From Candidatus Eiseniibacteriota bacterium (GTDB lineage Bacteria > Eisenbacteria > RBG-16-71-46 > JABDJR01), in contig CAVXKA010000001.1 of the NCBI GenBank assembly GCA_963762255.1, forward strand, positions 896,001 through 960,000: DNA of 64,000 bases, in the 5' to 3' direction. The position numbers were made by a program, and so were the translations under genes. How positions within the stretch are numbered: the first letter of the stretch is position 1; each line of letters opens with the position of its first letter. The notes beneath the pieces are model-generated. The model made no database searches, was not told the origin of the DNA, and saw only the letters and a program-made list of their open reading frames with translations. Shown piece after piece: positions 37,763 to 46,049 of this stretch.

Positions 37763-37848
37763 CCGGAGTTCGGGCAAAAGACTTGAGAAAAGGGAGCCCG
37801 TGGCCGATGCATAAATGGCCGTACTCGAGCCCCTGGAGGTTTTGAACC

Positions 37849-38508
37849 ATGAAACGCTTCGTTCAGCTCACTGTATTCGCCTTGGTGGCAGTGTTCGTCT
37901 TCAAGGGATGCATCTTCGATCCCGGGAAGGAGAAACCCGGCGATGTCATCAAGGGGTATCTGCCCCCGACGTCTCCCGAAAACGTCGTCAACAACTTGCA
38001 GGCTTCCTACCAGCGCAAGGAGATCGAGGAGTACGCGAAGCTTCTCGACCCGACGTTCATCTTCAAGTTCCAGGCGGCGGACGTTCCGCCCGACCTCCCG
38101 CGTGAATACTGGAACCGAGATGAGGACTCGACCGGGACAGACGCTCTGTTCACCACCGATGAAGTCTCTACGATCTCCCTGGATCCCGGGGCCTACTCCT
38201 CCGAGGACGCGGGTCGACTCGATGAGCCGGGAGCGAGGCGGATCCGCCTCACTCACGTGAAGCTCGAGGTGGAGCAGGTCAACGGCGTGACGCTGCTGGT
38301 GCAGGGCGACATCCAGGACATGTACTTCCGCAAGGGGAGCGTGGAAGCCGGCACCGACTCCACCAAGTGGTACCTGTACGAGTGGCAGGACCTGAGTGGT
38401 GGCAACGCGCCCCGGCCTGGGGTGACCCCTGTGGCTTCGGATCCGGCAGGCGGCGTGCAGGACGCGAATTGGGGCCAGATCCTCGCGGACTTTGCTCGGC
38501 GCCGGTAA
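37849..38508 (+). CDS. array lipoprotein copy 1 (possible NTF2/SnoaL-like fold)
   Basis: Lipobox FKGC; core PTSPENV..NL.ASY...EIEEY..LLDP.F.F.FQ, WNRDEDST, DMYFRKG, TDSTKWY..EW.D; tail ANWGQIL. Confidence 0.85.
   Translation: MKRFVQLTVFALVAVFVFKGCIFDPGKEKPGDVIKGYLPPTSPENVVNNLQASYQRKEIEEYAKLLDPTFIFKFQAADVPPDLPREYWNRDEDSTGTDALFTTDEVSTISLDPGAYSSEDAGRLDEPGARRIRLTHVKLEVEQVNGVTLLVQGDIQDMYFRKGSVEAGTDSTKWYLYEWQDLSGGNAPRPGVTPVASDPAGGVQDANWGQILADFARRR
38254..38385 (+). repeat. 132-bp direct repeat, copy A (129/132 identical to 40166-40297)
   Basis: Manual alignment shows 3 mismatches. Confidence 0.9.
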
Positions 38509-38585
38509 CGGCGTGGGGGTGAGGCGGGCTCTCCGGTGATGGAGGTCTCGCTCGGTCCGACGATTTCGATCAGACGATCTTGAAG

Positions 38586-38620
38586 GAGGGCGGCGCGTGA
38601 TTGCGCCGCCCTCTGCTTTC
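38586..38620 (+). terminator. GC-rich hairpin, possible intrinsic terminator
   Basis: GAGGGCGGCGC / GCGCCGCCCTC 11-bp stem followed by TGCTTTC (weak U tract). Confidence 0.4.
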
Positions 38621-38670
38621 AGGAGTACTCGACATCCCGTCCATTGCCTCTGCGGGGGCGGGGTTTCGAG

Positions 38671-38913
38671 ATGCCGGGTTTCGGTTTCACGCGGTACTTC
38701 GAGCAGGAAGTCCTACGCAAACGTCCTTACGTCGAGCGCCGGTTCTGCGAACTTGTGGTGGAGAATCCTGTCCGGATTCGGGTTCAGAGCGACGGGAGGA
38801 TCCGATATTGGGGTGTGGTGCCCGAGCTTGGAGGACGGATCCTGAGAGTGGTGACATTGAGTGACGGTCGGACGATTCACAACGCCTTCCTGGACAGGAG
38901 CTTCAGACCATGA
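38671..38913 (+). CDS. putative type II toxin (small basic RelE/DUF4258-like RNase fold)
   Basis: 80 aa, FTRYF...VLRKRPY, DGRIRYWG, LRVVTL.DG.TIHNAF.DR; translationally coupled to a DUF2283 gene. Confidence 0.7.
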   Translation: MPGFGFTRYFEQEVLRKRPYVERRFCELVVENPVRIRVQSDGRIRYWGVVPELGGRILRVVTLSDGRTIHNAFLDRSFRP

Positions 38914-39128
38914 AGATCACGTACTACCCGGAGACCGACTCGCTCTACATCGACTTTTCTCCCAAGCCGAGCGTCGAGAGCCGTGAGGTCTCGGAAGGTG
39001 TGGTCTTGGACTACGACGCGGACGGCAACCTGACCGGGATCGATATCGACCAGGCGAGCGCCAAGCTCGAACTTTCCGAGATGGTGCTCACGAAACTGCC
39101 GCTGGAGCCCAAGAAGCGGAGGGCCTAG
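38910..39128 (+). CDS. DUF2283 family putative antitoxin
   Basis: MKITYYPETDSLYI....SVES.EV..GVVLDYD..GNL.GIDI. Confidence 0.88.
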   Translation: MKITYYPETDSLYIDFSPKPSVESREVSEGVVLDYDADGNLTGIDIDQASAKLELSEMVLTKLPLEPKKRRA

Positions 39129-39164
39129 AGAAGTCCCGCCTGACTTCGGCGGCATCCGGGGGGA

Positions 39165-39761
39165 ATGACCGTGAAGATCGCCAAGCGACTCGTGTGGGGA
39201 GGGGTCTTCGTTGCGTTGGCCGGGTTCGCGTGGGGGTGCGGGGAGGAACTCGTAGGTGATCCGGGGGATCTGCCTCCCGGTTATCTTCCTCAGACATCCC
39301 CCGAGAACGTCCTCCAGAACCTGCAGGTCTCCTACCAGCGCCGGGAGATCGAGGAGTACGTGAAGCTCCTGGATCCCGTGTACATCTTCAAGTTCCAGCA
39401 GGCGGACATTCCGCCCGACCTTCCGCGTGAATACTGGAACCGCGACGAGGACTCGACCATGGTGGCGGCCCTCTTCGACAATCCCGATGTCGTTCGCATC
39501 AGCCTGGACTTTGGGCCCTTCGCGGCCGAGGACGCGGGCCGACTCGACGAGCCGCAGGCGAATCGGATCCGCCTCACCCATGTGAGGATCGAGGTGGAAC
39601 TGCGTGACGGGACGACCCTGCAGGCGGGGAGCGATCTCATGGACATGTATCTCGGGCGCGGACGCGCGGCAGCCGGCACCGACTCCACGAAGTGGTACAT
39701 CTTCGAGTGGCAGGATTTCGAGGGTGAATGGTCGTCGCTCTTGCGCGAGGTGGGGAAGTGA
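39165..39761 (+). CDS. array lipoprotein copy 2
   Basis: Lipobox AWGC; same conserved core; lacks the long linker and TWG tail. Confidence 0.85.
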   Translation: MTVKIAKRLVWGGVFVALAGFAWGCGEELVGDPGDLPPGYLPQTSPENVLQNLQVSYQRREIEEYVKLLDPVYIFKFQQADIPPDLPREYWNRDEDSTMVAALFDNPDVVRISLDFGPFAAEDAGRLDEPQANRIRLTHVRIEVELRDGTTLQAGSDLMDMYLGRGRAAAGTDSTKWYIFEWQDFEGEWSSLLREVGK

Positions 39762-40426
39762 AGCGCGCCAATCTGGTGCTCGTTGCAGCGGCCCTGTTGG
39801 CGGTTTTGGCGTGGGGGTGCGGCGAGGACCCGACCTGCGTGGATTGCTGCGACGATTGTTGGAGCGTATATCTGCCCCAGACGTCTCCCGAATACGTCCT
39901 CGAGAACCTGGCGGCATCCTACGAGCGCCACGAGATCGAGGAGTACGCGAAGCTCCTCGACCCGACGTTTATCTTCAAGTTCCAGCAGGCGGACATTCCG
40001 CCCGGCCTCCTGCGCGAATACTGGAACCGGGACGAGGACTCCACCGGAACCGGAGCGCTGTTCAACACCGATGAAGTCTCCAGTATCCACGTGGACCTCG
40101 GCGCATTCACCGTCGTTGACGATGACCGCCTCGCCGAGCCCGGCGCGAAACGCATCCGCCTCACCCACGTGAAGCTCGAGGTGGAGCAGGTCAACGGTGT
40201 GACGCTGCTGGTGCAGGGCGACATCCAGGACATGTACTTCCGCAAGGGGCGCGTGGAAGCCGGCACCGACTCCACCAAGTGGTACCTGTTCGAGTGGAGC
40301 GATCTCCGTGGCGAAGGCAGTCTCAAGCCTGCCAACCAGGCGTCGGGTCACGCGTTGGATCTCGCCAGGTCGAGCCCCCTCATTGAACCCGCGACTTGGG
40401 GCAAGATCAAGAGCATGTTCGAGTGA
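39758..40426 (+). CDS. array lipoprotein copy 3
   Basis: GTG overlaps the copy 2 stop; lipobox AWGC; Cys-rich CVDCCDDC; tail EPATWGKIKSMFE. Confidence 0.85.
   Translation: MKRANLVLVAAALLAVLAWGCGEDPTCVDCCDDCWSVYLPQTSPEYVLENLAASYERHEIEEYAKLLDPTFIFKFQQADIPPGLLREYWNRDEDSTGTGALFNTDEVSSIHVDLGAFTVVDDDRLAEPGAKRIRLTHVKLEVEQVNGVTLLVQGDIQDMYFRKGRVEAGTDSTKWYLFEWSDLRGEGSLKPANQASGHALDLARSSPLIEPATWGKIKSMFE
40166..40297 (+). repeat. 132-bp direct repeat, copy B
   Basis: Matches 38254-38385 with 3 mismatches. Confidence 0.9.
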
Positions 40427-40458
40427 TGGGGTGGCCCGCCGCTCGCGGAAGGAGAGGG

Positions 40459-41121
40459 ATGATGAGGAAGAGAAGCCTCGTGTCCGCTGCCGCAATCGTG
40501 CTGCTGGCCGTTCTGGTGTGGGGGTGCGACGAGGATCCGACCTGCGTCTATCCTCCGCCACCCGATCCCGGTCAGACATCCCCCGAGAACGTGGTCAGCA
40601 CCCTGGCTGCCTCCTACCAGCGCCGGGAGATCGAGTATTACGCCGTGCTCCTCGATCCCGAGTTCCGCTTCTACTTCCAGCCGAGGGACATTCCCGACGG
40701 GCTCGAGCGCGACCACTGGAACCGGGACGAGGACTCCACCGGAACCGAAGCGCTGTTCGGCGCCACGGCAGAGGTCTCCGCGATCTACCTGGACCTCGGA
40801 GCGTTTGCTTCGGAAGACGCCGGCCGCATCGACGAGCCCGGCGCGAAACGCATCCGCCTTACCCATGTGAAGATCGAGGTGGACCAGTACACCGAGGCAG
40901 TATTGCTGGTGGAGGGCGACATCCAGGACATGTACTTCCGGCGCGGGAGCCTTGCCGCCGGCACCGACTCCACCAAGTGGTACCTGTTCGAGTGGTGGGA
41001 CGAGAGCGGCGGAGGGCGTCTCAAGCCGGCGGGCGGGGTGTCGGATACCGCTCCAGGTCCCGCAGAGTCCAACGCCCACATCCAACCCACCACCTGGGGA
41101 TCCATCAAAGCGCGCTTCTAG
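40459..41121 (+). CDS. array lipoprotein copy 4
   Basis: RBS AAGGAG; lipobox VWGC; same conserved core; tail QPTTWGSIKARF. Confidence 0.85.
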   Translation: MMRKRSLVSAAAIVLLAVLVWGCDEDPTCVYPPPPDPGQTSPENVVSTLAASYQRREIEYYAVLLDPEFRFYFQPRDIPDGLERDHWNRDEDSTGTEALFGATAEVSAIYLDLGAFASEDAGRIDEPGAKRIRLTHVKIEVDQYTEAVLLVEGDIQDMYFRRGSLAAGTDSTKWYLFEWWDESGGGRLKPAGGVSDTAPGPAESNAHIQPTTWGSIKARF

Positions 41122-41193
41122 TGACTTGGGCCCCGACGCGTTAAGCTCTTCCGTCGAACCCTGGCCCCGATCCTTCATCTCAGGAGGCGTTCC

Positions 41194-42387
41194 ATCTCCA
41201 GCCGTCGTCGCCGTCGCCATCGCGCGCGGATTCGCATCGGCATCGTCCTCGCCATCGCGGCGGTCATCGCCTACTTCGGCTGGCGCTACTTCGCGTCGCC
41301 CCAGGGTCAGTACCAGGTCGCACAGAGCTTCTGGCGCGGGAGCGCCTCGCACGTGCGCCCCGTCGTGGAGGGAGCCCTCGAGCGCGCCGCCCGCGATCTC
41401 AGCCTTCCCGCGCCGTACCCCAAGCTCGCCTGCCGTCCCGACAGCGCCGGCACGCTTTGCTCCGCGGTGATCGCGCTGGCCCCGGGGATGAGCGCGGTCC
41501 AGGGCAACGCGATCTTCACGCGCGAACTCCTCGCGCTCGGTGTGCGCCCCCTATCCGGGACGCAAGCCGCCGACGGCTCGGCGAGCCTCCGCTACAAGGC
41601 CGGATCCAAGGTCGTGATAGGCCTCGAGATCATTCCCGCCGCTCGCTCCGGACCGGAACCCGCGGTCGTCTCGACGCCGGGCCTCGGGACCGTCAATGTG
41701 AAGGGTCGCCTCGCCCTGATCATCAACGACTACGGCGATGCCCCCGCTTTCTCGCGCGCCTTCGCCGACCTTCCCGGCACCTTCACAGCCGCCGTGCGCT
41801 CCAACGTGAGCGACGCGAAGGCTCGGGCCGACGAAGCGCGGCGCGCCCGGATGGAGGTCATCGTGAACCTCCCTCTCGAGCCCAAGAACTTTCCCACCCA
41901 CGATCCCGGCGCGGACGCCGTGCTCGTGGACCTCTCCGGCCGCGAGATCCGCCGAATCGTGGCGGACGCGGTCCAGAAGCTGCGTCCGGTGACCGGGGTG
42001 AAGACATTCATGGGAGACCTGGCCATCGAGGACCGCGACGTAATGCGCCCGGTGCTCGAGGAGCTCGCCAAGGAGAAGCTCTTCTTCGTGGACGCCACCG
42101 GCTCGACCTACAGCACGACCCGCGAGTTGGCCCACGAGATCCGCCTGCCCCACTTCCTGATCTCGTCCATCAACGAGGTGGACGAGGGGCACACCGACGC
42201 CGGGGCGATCGGAATCCGCTTCGACTCCCTGGTCGATGCCTGTCGGGTCAAGGGCTACGCCATCGGCATCATCCACGCCAACCCGAGCACCATCGAGGTG
42301 CTCCGCCAGCGGCTCCCGAGACTGGCCCGCGAGGGGATCGTGGTGATGGGCCTCTCCGAGGCGATGAAAGGCCTGGCCCTGGACTAG
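41194..42387 (+). CDS. divergent polysaccharide deacetylase family protein (catalytic motifs degenerate), probable ATC start
   Basis: LALIINDYG, LPLEP, PG....V, FFVD.T, KGYAIGI.H...T...L. In-frame N-terminal Arg cluster + TM begins at ATC 41194 after AGGAGG. Confidence 0.8.
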   Translation: MSSRRRRRHRARIRIGIVLAIAAVIAYFGWRYFASPQGQYQVAQSFWRGSASHVRPVVEGALERAARDLSLPAPYPKLACRPDSAGTLCSAVIALAPGMSAVQGNAIFTRELLALGVRPLSGTQAADGSASLRYKAGSKVVIGLEIIPAARSGPEPAVVSTPGLGTVNVKGRLALIINDYGDAPAFSRAFADLPGTFTAAVRSNVSDAKARADEARRARMEVIVNLPLEPKNFPTHDPGADAVLVDLSGREIRRIVADAVQKLRPVTGVKTFMGDLAIEDRDVMRPVLEELAKEKLFFVDATGSTYSTTRELAHEIRLPHFLISSINEVDEGHTDAGAIGIRFDSLVDACRVKGYAIGIIHANPSTIEVLRQRLPRLAREGIVVMGLSEAMKGLALD

Positions 42388-42508
42388 CCCGGCTCCATGC
42401 GCCGGCGGCGGACCAGCCGCGGCTCCGCAAACCGGCCCCGGCCCCGCAAGGCCCTCCGTTAACCCTTTGCCCGCCAACGAATCACCCGCGCGGCCCGGGC
42501 GCTTTGCG

Positions 42509-42537
42509 TTGACATGACCCGCCGCCAAGGGTAGGAT
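42509..42537 (+). promoter_or_regulatory. sigma70 promoter of secDF
   Basis: TTGACA-17 nt-TAGGAT. Confidence 0.75.
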
Positions 42538-42586
42538 CATGCGCCTTGTGTCCATACCCACCTGAAGTTTCCACGGAGTCATCTCG

Positions 42587-44188
42587 ATGAGCAGTCTGCG
42601 CTGGAAGTGGGCCGTCGTTGTCCTCGTGCTGGCCGTCTGGGGCTGGTACATGGTCCCGACCGTCCGCTATTACGCCATGAACCCGTCCGAGCGAGGCTCG
42701 GATTCCCCCGGGATCACCAAGATCCGCGACAACGCCATGAAGCTGGGGCTCGACCTGCAGGGCGGCTCGTATCTGGTGTACGAGGTGAACCTGGACAAGA
42801 TCCCCGAGGACCAGCGCCGAGGGGACGAGGTGGACCGCGCCATCGAGATCATCCGCAACCGCGTCGACCAGTTCGGCGTGGCGGAGCCGGTGATCCAGAA
42901 GCAGGGGGAGAACCGGATCGTCGTCCAGCTTCCCGGTCTCCAGGATCCGGAGCGCGCCAAGGAGTTGGTGGGGAAGACCGCGCGGCTGGAGTTCCGGCTG
43001 GTGAAGACCAAGCAGGAGTTCTTTCAAGCCCTGACCGTGATGGACCAGACCATGGCTCGCCGGCAGCGGGCGGGCGCTCCGGGTGACAGCGCCGCCGCCG
43101 ACACAGCCGCCGTGGACAACCCGTTCTCGAAGCTCTTGCAGCAGGTCAACCCCGACGCGGGCTACGCCTACTGTCCGGCGGAAAACCTCGACGCCGCGAA
43201 AGCGATGCTGGAAGAGGTCCAGGGCCCCGCCGAAAGCCCCCGCGTTCTCGCCGGCGGCACGGTGCTGATGTGGGGTGAGCGCCAGTTCGGGGCCACCACG
43301 GAGAACCCGGGCCGTTACCTGTACGCGCTGACCTCCAGGCCGAACCTGACCGGCGACCAGGTCGCCGACGCGCGGGTGGCCTTCGGTCTCGAGACCTCCC
43401 GGCCCAACGCCCCCGGCATCAGCCTCACGCTGGACAAGCGAGGGGCGGCGGTGTTCACCAAGCTCACCGGCGACAACGTCGGCCGCCAGCTTGCGATCGT
43501 GCTGGACGGCAGCGTGAAGTCGGCCCCGGTCATCCAGGACAAGATCCGCGGCGGCCGGGCGTCGATCACGGGTCTCGACGGGGACGCGGAAGCCAAGGAC
43601 CTTGGCATCGTGCTTCGCGCCGGCGCCCTTCCCACCGATCTCGTGCTGCAGGAAGAGCGCACGGTGGGGCCGAGCCTCGGACGCGACAGCATCCAGGCGG
43701 GGACGCGGGCCGCATGGGTCGGCTTCGGCCTGGTCGTGCTCTTCATGATCGTCTACTACCAACTCTCCGGCGTGCTCGCGGTGGCCGCCCTCATCGTGAA
43801 CCTCTTCTTCATCTTCGCCACATTGGGGATGTTGCGCGGGACGCTCACGCTGCCCGGCATCGCCGGCATCGTGCTTACCGTCGGCATGGCGGTAGACGCC
43901 AACGTGCTGATTCTGGAGCGTGTGCGCGAGGAGCTACGGTCCGGAAAGACCGTGGCCGGCGCCATCCAGACCGGCTACGGGCGTGCGTTCCTGGCGATCT
44001 TCGACTCGAACCTGACCACCATCATCTCCTCGGTGGTGCTCTACCAGTTCGGCACCGGTCCCATCAAGGGCTTCGCCATCACGCTCCTGATCGGGATCAT
44101 CGCCAACCTCTTCACCGCGGTGTTCGTGACCAGGCTCGTGTACGACACGATCTTGGCCCGGCGTCCGCTTCACAAGCTCAGCATTTGA
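42587..44188 (+). CDS. secD: protein translocase subunit SecD
   Basis: LGLDLQGG, RNRVDQFGVAEP, LAIVLD, LRAGALP, VGPSLG, TLPGIAG..LTVGMAVDANVLI.ER, GPIKGFA. Confidence 0.97.
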   Translation: MSSLRWKWAVVVLVLAVWGWYMVPTVRYYAMNPSERGSDSPGITKIRDNAMKLGLDLQGGSYLVYEVNLDKIPEDQRRGDEVDRAIEIIRNRVDQFGVAEPVIQKQGENRIVVQLPGLQDPERAKELVGKTARLEFRLVKTKQEFFQALTVMDQTMARRQRAGAPGDSAAADTAAVDNPFSKLLQQVNPDAGYAYCPAENLDAAKAMLEEVQGPAESPRVLAGGTVLMWGERQFGATTENPGRYLYALTSRPNLTGDQVADARVAFGLETSRPNAPGISLTLDKRGAAVFTKLTGDNVGRQLAIVLDGSVKSAPVIQDKIRGGRASITGLDGDAEAKDLGIVLRAGALPTDLVLQEERTVGPSLGRDSIQAGTRAAWVGFGLVVLFMIVYYQLSGVLAVAALIVNLFFIFATLGMLRGTLTLPGIAGIVLTVGMAVDANVLILERVREELRSGKTVAGAIQTGYGRAFLAIFDSNLTTIISSVVLYQFGTGPIKGFAITLLIGIIANLFTAVFVTRLVYDTILARRPLHKLSI

Positions 44189-44196
44189 GGTAGCCC

Positions 44197-45144
44197 ATGT
44201 TGCAGATGTTCGTTGGCGCCAAGTACAAGTGGATGGAGAAGAGGCGGTGGGCCTATCTCTTCTCCGGCATCCTCGTCCTCGCCAGTATTGCCTCCCTTGT
44301 CTTGCACGGCGGCCCGCGGAAGTCGGTGGATTTCTCGGGCGGCACCGTGCTCTATCTGGAGTTCAGCCCGGCGACCAACGTCGGTGTGGTTCGCGACGTC
44401 GCATCCAGCGCGGGCTTTGGCGGCTCCGAGGTGCAGATGACGGAAGGGGGCGTGCAAGCCATCGTACGGCTCGGGGAACTCAAGGGCAACGCGGCCCCGT
44501 TCGATGATTTCAAAAAGAGCTTCGCTGCCGCGAACCCGGGGACGACGGTGACCCTGCTCAGCCAGGATCAGGTCGGCCCCAAGGTGGGCAAGGAGCTGGC
44601 CCAGAAAGCCACCTGGGCGGTGACCTGGAGCCTCATCCTCATTCTTCTCTATGTTGCCTGGCGGTTCACGCGGATCTCCTTCGGGTTGGGTGGCGTCATC
44701 GCCCTCTTCCACGACGTCTTGATCACCCTCGGGGTGTTCTCCGTGTTGAACAAGGAGGTGGGTCTCACCGTACTGGCCGCCCTTCTCACCATCGGCGGGT
44801 ACTCGATCAACGACACGATCATCGTGTTCGACCGTATTCGGGAAAATACGGGGCTCGCGCGGCGGATGACGCTCCTCGAGATCATGGACAAGAGCATCAA
44901 CCAGACCCTGACCCGCACGATCCTCACCGGCGGCACGACCTTGCTCGCGGTGATCTCGCTCCTCTTCCTGGGTGGGCCGGTCATCCACGACTTCGCGCTG
45001 GCGATGTTCATCGGCGTGTTCTTCGGGACATACTCCTCGGTGTACGTGGCGAGCGCTCTGGCCCTCGACATCCACACGTGGTGGACCAAGCGCAAGGTGG
45101 CCCGGACTTCCGGCGCCTCCGCCAAGGCCGCGGTCGCGCGCTGA
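44197..45144 (+). CDS. secF: protein translocase subunit SecF
   Basis: DFSGG, VGP.VG.EL, ALFHDV, GYSINDTIIVFDRIRE, INQTL.RT..T, GTYSS. Confidence 0.97.
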   Translation: MLQMFVGAKYKWMEKRRWAYLFSGILVLASIASLVLHGGPRKSVDFSGGTVLYLEFSPATNVGVVRDVASSAGFGGSEVQMTEGGVQAIVRLGELKGNAAPFDDFKKSFAAANPGTTVTLLSQDQVGPKVGKELAQKATWAVTWSLILILLYVAWRFTRISFGLGGVIALFHDVLITLGVFSVLNKEVGLTVLAALLTIGGYSINDTIIVFDRIRENTGLARRMTLLEIMDKSINQTLTRTILTGGTTLLAVISLLFLGGPVIHDFALAMFIGVFFGTYSSVYVASALALDIHTWWTKRKVARTSGASAKAAVAR

Positions 45145-45166
45145 GCGGCGATCCGAATCGTTTTCG

Positions 45167-45203
45167 GCTCCCCTCCGGCCGAAACCGGAGGGGAGCTTTT
45201 TTT
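45167..45203 (+). terminator. intrinsic terminator after secF
   Basis: GCTCCCCTCCGG-ccgaaa-CCGGAGGGGAGC followed by T7. Confidence 0.92.
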
Positions 45204-45351
45204 CTGGGACCGGAGCGAGTCCTTGATGGTCGTTCCCCCCGCTCTTGACGGGGTCCTTTATAATCGGGGTCCACGCGCGGGCCGGGTGCCGACCCCCTCA
45301 CGGCCGCCAGGGAACCTCAGTCCCCCTCTCGTGGTGAGAAGGCTTGTGATC

Positions 45352-46041
45352 ATGAGACCTTTGCGCTCCTCGATGCGCTTGCTGTCGCTCCTGGCCGGCG
45401 TGGTTCTCCTCGCGGTCGGCCCCGCGACGAGCTTTGCGCTGCCCGAAGGGTTCCGGGTCGCCCGACTCAAGTACGGCGGGGGAGGGGATTGGTACTCGAA
45501 CCCCTCGTCGCTTCCCAACCTGGCCAAGGCGGTGCGGGACCGCACCCCGGTCCCAGTGACCGATGACCGGGAAGCCCGGGTGGATCTCCTTGACGAGGAT
45601 CTTTTTTCCTACCCCCTCCTCTACATGAACGGCCATGGGGAGGTCCGGTTCAGCCAGGCCGAGATCCAACGACTGCGCGAGTACCTGGATCGGGGTGGAT
45701 TCCTCTGGGCGGACGACAACTACGGCATGGATCGTTCGTTCCGACGGGAGATGGCCAAGGTGTTCCCGGACGCGCCCCTAGTCGAACTCCCCTTTGACTC
45801 CCCGGTCTTCAGCGCTTTTTACGACCTTCCCCGCGGATTGCCCAAGATTCACGAACATGACGGGAAGCCGGCGCAGGCTTTCGGGATATTCAGCGAAGGT
45901 CGGCTCTGCGTCCTCTACTCCTACCAGTCCGACATCGGGGACGGCTTGGAAGACCCCGATGTGCACAAGGATCCGGAACCCGTGCGCGAGCAGGCCATGC
46001 GATTCGCCGTGAACCTGGTCGTGTACGTCATGACGCACTAG
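45352..46041 (+). CDS. DUF4159 domain protein (secreted)
   Basis: Signal peptide; RLKYGGGGDWY.NP.SL.NL, MNGHG, GGFL..DDNYG, GLPKIHEHD, DIGDG.ED..VH.DP. Confidence 0.88.
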   Translation: MRPLRSSMRLLSLLAGVVLLAVGPATSFALPEGFRVARLKYGGGGDWYSNPSSLPNLAKAVRDRTPVPVTDDREARVDLLDEDLFSYPLLYMNGHGEVRFSQAEIQRLREYLDRGGFLWADDNYGMDRSFRREMAKVFPDAPLVELPFDSPVFSAFYDLPRGLPKIHEHDGKPAQAFGIFSEGRLCVLYSYQSDIGDGLEDPDVHKDPEPVREQAMRFAVNLVVYVMTH

Positions 46042-46049
46042 GAACCTGC

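Noticed and set aside
38254-40297. 132-bp repeat pair as a DGR template/variable repeat
   Set aside because: Only 3 mismatches, one of them C/T; both copies are in-frame coding; no reverse transcriptase in the window.
37849-41121. Array as CRISPR or integron cassettes
   Set aside because: The repeats are coding paralogy, with no regular repeat-spacer period, no recurring attC-like sites and no integrase or cas genes.
45245-45264. TTGACG plus TATAAT upstream of DUF4159
   Set aside because: Only 8 nt apart, so not a valid -35/-10 pair; TATAAT alone may still be a -10.
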